From Conexivisphaerales archaeon (GTDB lineage: Archaea > Thermoproteota > Nitrososphaeria > Conexivisphaerales > DTJL01): a DNA stretch of 13,228 bases. Within the stretch, counting starts at the first letter, position 1, and every line of letters starts with the position of its first letter. Positions 8,557-13,228 of the stretch are shown piece by piece. The notes under the pieces were generated by a model, which saw only the letters and a program-made list of their open reading frames with translations, searched no databases and was not told the origin of the DNA. The stretch spans positions 1-13,228 of the forward strand of contig JBEKZX010000039.1 in the NCBI GenBank assembly GCA_049509455.1, written 5' to 3'. A program made the position numbers and the translations under genes.

Positions 8557-8772
8557 GTTTCGTCTACCCCCGAGTTTTCATCCAGGCTTCCAGAAATTGA
8601 TAATGACTGGCCCGGCGTCATTTGGAAGGTCGAGTCCATCTCAAGAGGGGAAATGCTGGAGAGTACATTTCAGATAGAACTTGAACAGTGTGTTCTTTGG
8701 GCAGAAAGGGCCGACCCAACTTCATCATGACCAACCGCAGCATCCAACTGTGAGCCTAGAATCGGACGACAT
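8557..8772 (-). pseudogene. DUF72-family protein, truncated pseudogene
   Basis: From ATG 8772: MSSDSRLTVGCCGWS**SWVGPFCPKNT...YLK/YSPAFPL/EMDSTF. This matches the DUF72 N-terminal pattern GxxGWsYxxWxGxFYP...YL..Ys..F..vExdSTFY. Tandem TGA at 8727-8722, at least 2 frameshifts, and the C-terminal three quarters are missing. Confidence 0.75.
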
Positions 8773-8865
8773 GGGGAGGAAAAGCAAATCATTCTTTCGT
8801 TTTGATCTAGCTGTAGATGGGTCGGTGCTATGGGTCTCGCTGGGGTAGGGGCTGGGAAGGCAGAG

Positions 8866-9228
8866 TCATCCAGTCGAACGGTTTGAAATCACCGTCCGGT
8901 AGGCGTTCAGGTAATCCACAGCGTAGGCGTCGGCCAGCTTCTCGGTCCCCCGGTGCTTCCCGCTTCTGCTGCGCAAGTGATGATAAAATTCGTGGAGGAT
9001 TATGAATGGATCCCAAAGGCTATCACCTTTGGCGACGTAGATCGTCTTCTCCTTCTCTACGTAGACGGCAAGAGCCTTCTTCTTACCCTTCACAGCGCCC
9101 ACCTTCAGTTTGGGTACATCGATGCGATTGGCGAGGCTAAGCTCCTCTAGTGCCCTCTCCGTCTCCCTTGACAAGATTAGATGGACGATCATCGCCTTCG
9201 TTCGTAGGTCCGGGGCGCTCAACGACAT
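8866..9228 (-). CDS. Small zinc metallopeptidase-like protein (ImmA/IrrE-like HExxH domain)
   Basis: 120 aa from ATG 9228. Beta-rich ALAVYVEKEKTIYV, then PFIILHEFYHHL (HExxH) and a downstream EKLADAYA matching the ExxA[DN]x[FY]A third-ligand motif. The low-complexity upstream extension to 9315 is probably not translated. Confidence 0.75.
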   Translation of the reverse strand: MSLSAPDLRTKAMIVHLILSRETERALEELSLANRIDVPKLKVGAVKGKKKALAVYVEKEKTIYVAKGDSLWDPFIILHEFYHHLRSRSGKHRGTEKLADAYAVDYLNAYRTVISNRSTG

Positions 9229-9318
9229 CAAATGAATGCCAGCTCCAGATAACCCTTCTCCTATGAAACAGGGTCCGCTGCTTCCGGACGAGCCGCTGCG
9301 ACGTCGGCGACCCAAGGC

Positions 9319-9759
9319 TCAGAACCAAACGTTCCGCAGTCTGATAATTTCGATTTGGTCCCTTCTGTCCACGGACCTCACCATCGAAAGATAATGAGGG
9401 CGGCCATAGTATACCCAGAAACGGAAGGGTGCGTCCAAAGCGAGCAGCTTTTGCACCGATTTGGCTCGGGGAGTGGAGTCAATTTCAAAGACGGAGGCCA
9501 ATCGCCTACGTGCTAGCCAAGCCACGTCCGCCAGCCCCTCCACACCAATCTCCGTGTTGTAGACGGGATATTCTCTGACACCCATGAATCCGAACGCGCT
9601 TCCCAGCTCAGCCACTTCCCTCTGGAGGGTGTTATGAAAATCCAGAGGAGCCCTCGCCTCGAGGACCAGCTCGGACGCAATGCCTCTTATCCTATCCGAA
9701 ACCGCCTTGATGTAGCGGTCCCTATCCACGAGGACATCCTGCACTAGCTCATCCTCCAA
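9319..9759 (-). CDS. Hypothetical protein with PD-(D/E)xK restriction-endonuclease-like fold
   Basis: Helix FHNTLQREVAELG, strand VREYPV, GLADVAW (motif II Asp), VFEID (motif III Glu), helix KSVQKL, strand FRFWVYY. TTG start with TTAATA 27-32 nt upstream. Confidence 0.65.
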   Translation of the reverse strand: MEDELVQDVLVDRDRYIKAVSDRIRGIASELVLEARAPLDFHNTLQREVAELGSAFGFMGVREYPVYNTEIGVEGLADVAWLARRRLASVFEIDSTPRAKSVQKLLALDAPFRFWVYYGRPHYLSMVRSVDRRDQIEIIRLRNVWF

Positions 9760-9785
9760 CGGCGCTGCGACATGCGATACCCTAG

Positions 9786-9791
9786 TATTAA
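9786..9791 (-). promoter_or_regulatory. TATA-like box (TTAATA) for the 9759 gene
   Basis: Located 27-32 nt upstream of TTG 9759. Confidence 0.4.
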
Positions 9792-9862
9792 TGATGAAGC
9801 CGGATTTCGGCCGTCTAGGGTCCCTGCAGAAGAGCCATCCGAGAGCGCAGCGGGAGTCCGAA

Positions 9863-10301
9863 TCATCCCATAATGGGGTTAAGTCTGAAGCGCTTCCTGA
9901 GCTGCAAAGCTAACGCTTCGGGCATGTGTGAGGCGCGCGGCTCCGCTAGGCTGACAGACACTACGACGACACATCCTTTGCGGCATCCTTTTCTGTGGTA
10001 ACATTATGAATGTTAAAGTCGTGTCGAATCGACTTTTCACCCAAGTGGGAGACGGTCAATTCCACTTTCAACTTGTCGTTCAACCTGCAGTGAGATAGTA
10101 CTTACAATTTGCTCCCACGTGAGGCGGCCACATCTTGCACTGCGTCTCCGCGCCGAACGGATCGATGCCCAGCTCGTTGCAAAGTTCCTGCTCTGCCCTC
10201 TCAAAGTACCTGAAGTAGTTGGAGACATGCGCCACCTGCGCTGCGTCAGTATCCATCCACGCAACACACCTCTAGTATCGGTATACCTTCATATGTGCCA
10301 T
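9863..10301 (-). pseudogene. Acyl-CoA thioesterase (4HBT/YbgC hotdog family) pseudogene
   Basis: Reconstructed as MAHMKVYRY*RCVAWMDTDAAQVAHVSNYFRYFERAEQELCNELGID...MWPPHVGANCKY/RLNDKLKVELTVSHLGEKSIRHDFNIHNVTTEKDAAK/CVVVVSVSLAEPRASHMPEALALQLRKRF. WxDTDAA...NYFRYFE is the family signature. In-frame TAG at 10274-10272 and frameshifts near 10090 and 9975. Confidence 0.88.
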
Positions 10302-10458
10302 CGGACGGCCACGAGAGAGTTTTGAACCCTCTCCGAAGTTCAAGGGGAACAGGGCGGCCCGGAGGGAAAGTCCGACACAATATTGCGTGACCAGACCTGC
10401 TTGCAGGACAGGAAGCCACAGCATGATTAAGCGGAGGCCCAGATAGCCGGTATAGCTC

Positions 10459-10465
10459 CTTAAAT
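10459..10465 (+). promoter_or_regulatory. TATA-like box (CTTAAAT) for the 10487 gene
   Basis: About 27 nt upstream of ATG 10487, which is leaderless geometry. Confidence 0.45.
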
Positions 10466-10486
10466 CCAAGACGAAGCTATGTAGTC

Positions 10487-10906
10487 ATGCAGGCCACTGT
10501 TACCGAAGAAGCTCTCTTCGCTTTACTGTTTGAAGGGGTGAACGATTCTGACCTTGTGGACGGCGCCGGGCAAGTCATCCTCGAGTTCTTGAAATCTAGC
10601 TTCGATGGTGTGAGTCAGATGGAGATCCTAGACAAGATGGACCTGCAGAAAGCGATAGGCGTATTCGCCGTTGATATGAAGGAAGAAGGCCTCTTCGAAG
10701 AACGGAAGGCTGTCTTTAACAGGGCCCTGCGCCTTCTGCGAGCCGGTTATTACCGTAGTCTTCTAATCGAAGAGAGGAAGAGGGTGGGCAGAGTCAGTTA
10801 CCGTTTGGAAGCCATGATGCGCTTCAGGGACAGCATCATGAAGGGCCATATCGAAAGGGATGGCCCCGGAATCAGCCAATACACGCTTCAACAATTCGGT
10901 ACATGA
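10487..10906 (+). CDS. Hypothetical protein, possibly winged-helix DNA-binding
   Basis: 139-aa ATG-started ORF with its own TATA box. VILEFLK...GVSQMEI, FNRALRLL and a wing-like LIEERKRVGRVSYRL suggest a wHTH with an insertion. Confidence 0.6.
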   Translation: MQATVTEEALFALLFEGVNDSDLVDGAGQVILEFLKSSFDGVSQMEILDKMDLQKAIGVFAVDMKEEGLFEERKAVFNRALRLLRAGYYRSLLIEERKRVGRVSYRLEAMMRFRDSIMKGHIERDGPGISQYTLQQFGT

Positions 10907-10912
10907 ACTGGC

Positions 10913-11803
10913 TCAATCAGTCCTATTGAATTCGAAATTGTCTTCTCTCTCTATGATGTGGGGGCCGAGCCTAGATTTGATCACCTGCTTCAGACTGTCG
11001 TCAAGCTCGTAGCCCACGGAATGACGTCCTAGGTCGCCTGCGACCTTCATAGTTGTACCGGTGCCTAGGAAGGGGTCTAAGACGGTGTCACCTATTATCG
11101 AGAACATGCGTATCAGGCGACGCGGAATCTCTTCGGGGAAGGCGGCTGTGCGCCTCTCTGATTTTCCCTGCGATTGCGCAGCCCCACGTACCGACCAAAT
11201 CTGGCTGAACCAAACATCACGCTGGGCCTTCGTGAAAGAACTCGAATACCGTGTGGAGTCCTTCGGTGTGAACTTTCGTGTCCCTCCTTTGCGAAGGATG
11301 AGGATGTACTCCAAATCGAGAGTCACGTATGCGTTGGTGGGCAGGAAGCCAGAGCCGAGAAAGGCGTTGGGCTTATTCGTTGGTTTCTTCCAAGCTATGA
11401 AAGGTAAAGTGACGAACCCGATTCTCTCGCAGTGCTCAATGATTTTCGAGTGGTTCGGGAAGAGTCTGAACTCTCCGCCGATGTTTCGGGTGGCATCGCC
11501 GATGTTGATACAGGCTATCCCGCCTTCGCGCAATATACGATAGCATTCACTCCAGACCTCGGCCAAGTTCCGGTGCATCGCTTCGTAGACTGCGTTGACC
11601 TGTCTCCTCCTCCTGTCGACGTCCGGAGATCTCGCCTTGTCGAGGAGCTCGGCGATGTGGGGGTCCATCCGCATGAACAGGGAGTCCCACATTTCAATCA
11701 TCGGATAGGGTGGAGATGTGACAACGAGGTGGACCGACGAGTCCTCCAAGTCTCGCATGACGCGCGAATCTCTGAAGACGACCTTATGGTGTGTCTCCAT
11801 CAT
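10913..11803 (-). CDS. Site-specific DNA methyltransferase, beta class (N4-cytosine type), resembling the archaeal CTAG Zim-like family
   Basis: Catalytic VVTSPPY near the N-terminus and SAM-binding DPFLGTGTT near the C-terminus give the beta order. It also has SPPYPMIEMWD, NIGDATR, PNH, WKKP, GSG.LP.NAYVTL and AAFPEEIPRRLI. Start is 11803/11800, or 11893 via a TGATG overlap with bcp. Confidence 0.9.
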   Translation of the reverse strand: MMETHHKVVFRDSRVMRDLEDSSVHLVVTSPPYPMIEMWDSLFMRMDPHIAELLDKARSPDVDRRRRQVNAVYEAMHRNLAEVWSECYRILREGGIACINIGDATRNIGGEFRLFPNHSKIIEHCERIGFVTLPFIAWKKPTNKPNAFLGSGFLPTNAYVTLDLEYILILRKGGTRKFTPKDSTRYSSSFTKAQRDVWFSQIWSVRGAAQSQGKSERRTAAFPEEIPRRLIRMFSIIGDTVLDPFLGTGTTMKVAGDLGRHSVGYELDDSLKQVIKSRLGPHIIEREDNFEFNRTD

Positions 11804-11892
11804 GTTCGTCTCATTGTGTCCGGCACGCAGTGTCCCGTCGGTGCGACTAATATCCCTTGCATGGCCGCCCTGCTGATCGGGATTGATGGACA

Positions 11893-12360
11893 TCAACGAA
11901 TCTTCATGGCTTTGAGATCGTTAACGATTTCTGCAGGGTGAATAAGAGGGTCGACCTTCGGGTAGATCTTGGCAATGCGTCCATCGGGGTCGATCAGGAA
12001 GGTCACTCGGTACATCGAAGACCCATTCTCCTTCAATGCACCAAGGAGGGAACCGAGCTCACCTTTGGAGTCACTGAGCAGCGTGAAATCGAGGTGGTAC
12101 TTTCCAGCGAATCTTTCGTGACTGCTCAAGCTGTCCGTGCTTACCCCAAGGACTTCGGCGCCCAAATCCTTGATTAGTTTGCTCGAATCACGGAAGCCGC
12201 ATGCCTCCTTTGTACAGCCTGACGTGTTGTCCCGTGGGTAGAAGTACAGGACAAGCCATTTCCCGCGGTAGGTCGAAAGCTTGACCTTCTTCCTGTCGGG
12301 ATAGGCTTCGAGCTCTGAATCACGGACGAGGTCTCCAACTTTGATCTTGATGTTCGCCAC
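11893..12360 (-). CDS. bcp: Peroxiredoxin, BCP/PrxQ family (CxxxxC)
   Basis: LYFYPRDNTSGCTKEACGFRD, GVSTD, LLSD, RVTFLIDPDGRI. GTG start. Confidence 0.95.
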   Translation of the reverse strand: MANIKIKVGDLVRDSELEAYPDRKKVKLSTYRGKWLVLYFYPRDNTSGCTKEACGFRDSSKLIKDLGAEVLGVSTDSLSSHERFAGKYHLDFTLLSDSKGELGSLLGALKENGSSMYRVTFLIDPDGRIAKIYPKVDPLIHPAEIVNDLKAMKIR

Positions 12361-12365
12361 ATCGA

Positions 12366-12842
12366 TTACCTTGCCTTCGTGAGCTGCTCTTCAATCAACT
12401 TGTAATCTGGTTCGATGCCGGCTTGGGAAGCAATCCAAGAGAACGTTATCTGGCCGGCTTCGTCCAAGATGAAAATGGATCTTTGAGCCACGAGGTATCC
12501 TTTTACGCTTCCGAAATCGGGTAGCTCCACGCCGTACGCCTTCGTTGCCTCACGAAGGTAATCGCTGAGCAGAGGGAAGGTTAGGCCATTGACGTTGGCG
12601 AAACCTCTTAGGGTCCACGGGTCATTTACGCTGATTCCCACCACTTGGGCGTTCAGGGAGGAGAGCTTGGAAAGTGAGTCCCTGAAAGTGCACATCTCAT
12701 GAGTGCAGGTAGACGTAAATGCACCAGGGAAGAAGGCTAATACGACCCTTCCCTTGCCCAAGAACTCCTCAAGGTTACTCACCTTCTTGTCTTGATTAGG
12801 CAGGGTGAATCGGGGTGCCATGTCGCCCGTTGCCAATTTCAA
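12366..12842 (-). CDS. Second peroxiredoxin (BCP/AhpE-like, CxxxxC)
   Basis: APRFTL, LAFFPGAFTSTCTHEMCTFRD, GISVND, LLSDY, RSIFILD, EPDY. TTG start. Confidence 0.93.
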   Translation of the reverse strand: MKLATGDMAPRFTLPNQDKKVSNLEEFLGKGRVVLAFFPGAFTSTCTHEMCTFRDSLSKLSSLNAQVVGISVNDPWTLRGFANVNGLTFPLLSDYLREATKAYGVELPDFGSVKGYLVAQRSIFILDEAGQITFSWIASQAGIEPDYKLIEEQLTKAR

Positions 12843-12874
12843 TTAAGATCGAACTCGGTTCCCCTTTGGTTTCC

Positions 12875-12881
12875 TATTAAA
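12875..12881 (-). promoter_or_regulatory. TATA-like box (TTTAATA) for the peroxiredoxin pair
   Basis: Located 33-39 nt upstream of TTG 12842. Confidence 0.45.
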
Positions 12882-13005
12882 TGAAACTCCATATCCACAG
12901 AAACAATGTCAGACGCAGAGCGGCCCCTCAGGGTTTGGCCTCTATGGGAAGGCGCGTCGACAAGAGGTTCAGGCAAGGAGTTCCGAATTCGGCGTGCCCT
13001 GATGG

Positions 13006-13228
13006 TCAGCGTCTTGAAATGTACTCAGCCAGCTTGAGCGCTCCCGCTTCAAGCTTCTCCTCCGTCTCTCCTACAAAACACATCCTCAGATGACTTCGTC
13101 CGCTGAGGCCTGATATTGACCCAGGAAGTGCGATCACTTCCGCCTCCTCGGCTAACCCCAAAGAGAAATCGATGTCGCTCAAATGTAGCCGGTCGAGGTA
13201 GGCAGAGAAGTCTGGGAACAGATACATT
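13006..13228 (-). CDS. Class I/II PLP-dependent aminotransferase, C-terminal part (partial)
   Basis: MYLFPD...VIALPGS..G..G..HLRMCF...EKLEAG is the typical C-terminus of aspartate-aminotransferase-like enzymes. Runs off the window end. Confidence 0.8.
   Translation of the reverse strand, partial: MYLFPDFSAYLDRLHLSDIDFSLGLAEEAEVIALPGSISGLSGRSHLRMCFVGETEEKLEAGALKLAEYISRR

Noticed and set aside
8554-8730. 58-codon ORF starting immediately after, and in frame with, the AKR TGA (possible readthrough)
   Set aside because: The AKR domain is already complete, and the ORF is the antisense shadow of the DUF72 relic.
8866-9315. 29-aa N-terminal extension MGRRRRSGSSGSSG... of the HExxH protein
   Set aside because: Low-complexity sequence with a TTG start. 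ATG 9228 gives a more plausible compact domain.
5855-9820. Local clusters of CTAG sites (about 5855-5915 and 9744-9818)
   Set aside because: CTAG contains a stop triplet and is naturally more frequent outside intact genes. The counts are too small.
10355-10440. GGAGGGAAAGTCCG followed about 50 nt later by GCCACAG, reminiscent of RNase P RNA conserved regions I and II
   Set aside because: No recognisable CR IV or CR V, and a full RNA would run into the 10487 CDS. Likely chance. An Rfam/Infernal scan would settle it.
60-11941. Long antisense or alternative-frame ORFs in the track (for example 1161-1748, 2380-3291, 6689-7303, 11061-11543, 11432-11941)
   Set aside because: They are shadows of well-supported genes in GC-rich coding DNA and carry no motifs of their own.
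12906-13037. Short plus-strand ORF (MSDAERPLRVW...) 29 nt after TTAAAT, with a faint TrmB-like ...EFGVP in another frame
   Set aside because: It overlaps the aminotransferase 3' end, the TATA element is explained by the peroxiredoxin promoter, and the similarity is too weak.

Overview
Probably an archaeal chromosomal window: it has an archaeal/fungal-type Asd, TATA-like boxes about 27-35 nt upstream of several starts, and many TTG/GTG starts. The left part (1-5815, +) is a translationally coupled diaminopimelate-route lysine operon: dapA (partial), dapB, aspartate kinase, lysA, a DapL-type aminotransferase and asd. No dapF is visible. The right part is a patchwork of intact genes and relics. 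Intact genes are threonine aldolase, an aldo/keto reductase, an HExxH IrrE/ImmA-like metallopeptidase, a small PD-(D/E)xK-fold protein, a wHTH-like protein, a beta-class m4C DNA methyltransferase resembling the archaeal CTAG (Zim) family, two BCP/PrxQ peroxiredoxins and a partial PLP aminotransferase. Apparently intergenic gaps contain minus-strand pseudogenes that the ORF track does not show: an acyl-CoA thioesterase (clear), a DUF72 protein (clear) and an ArsR-type regulator (tentative). I found no rRNA, tRNA, CRISPR array or transposase. All family calls come from motif recognition by eye, with no database search.
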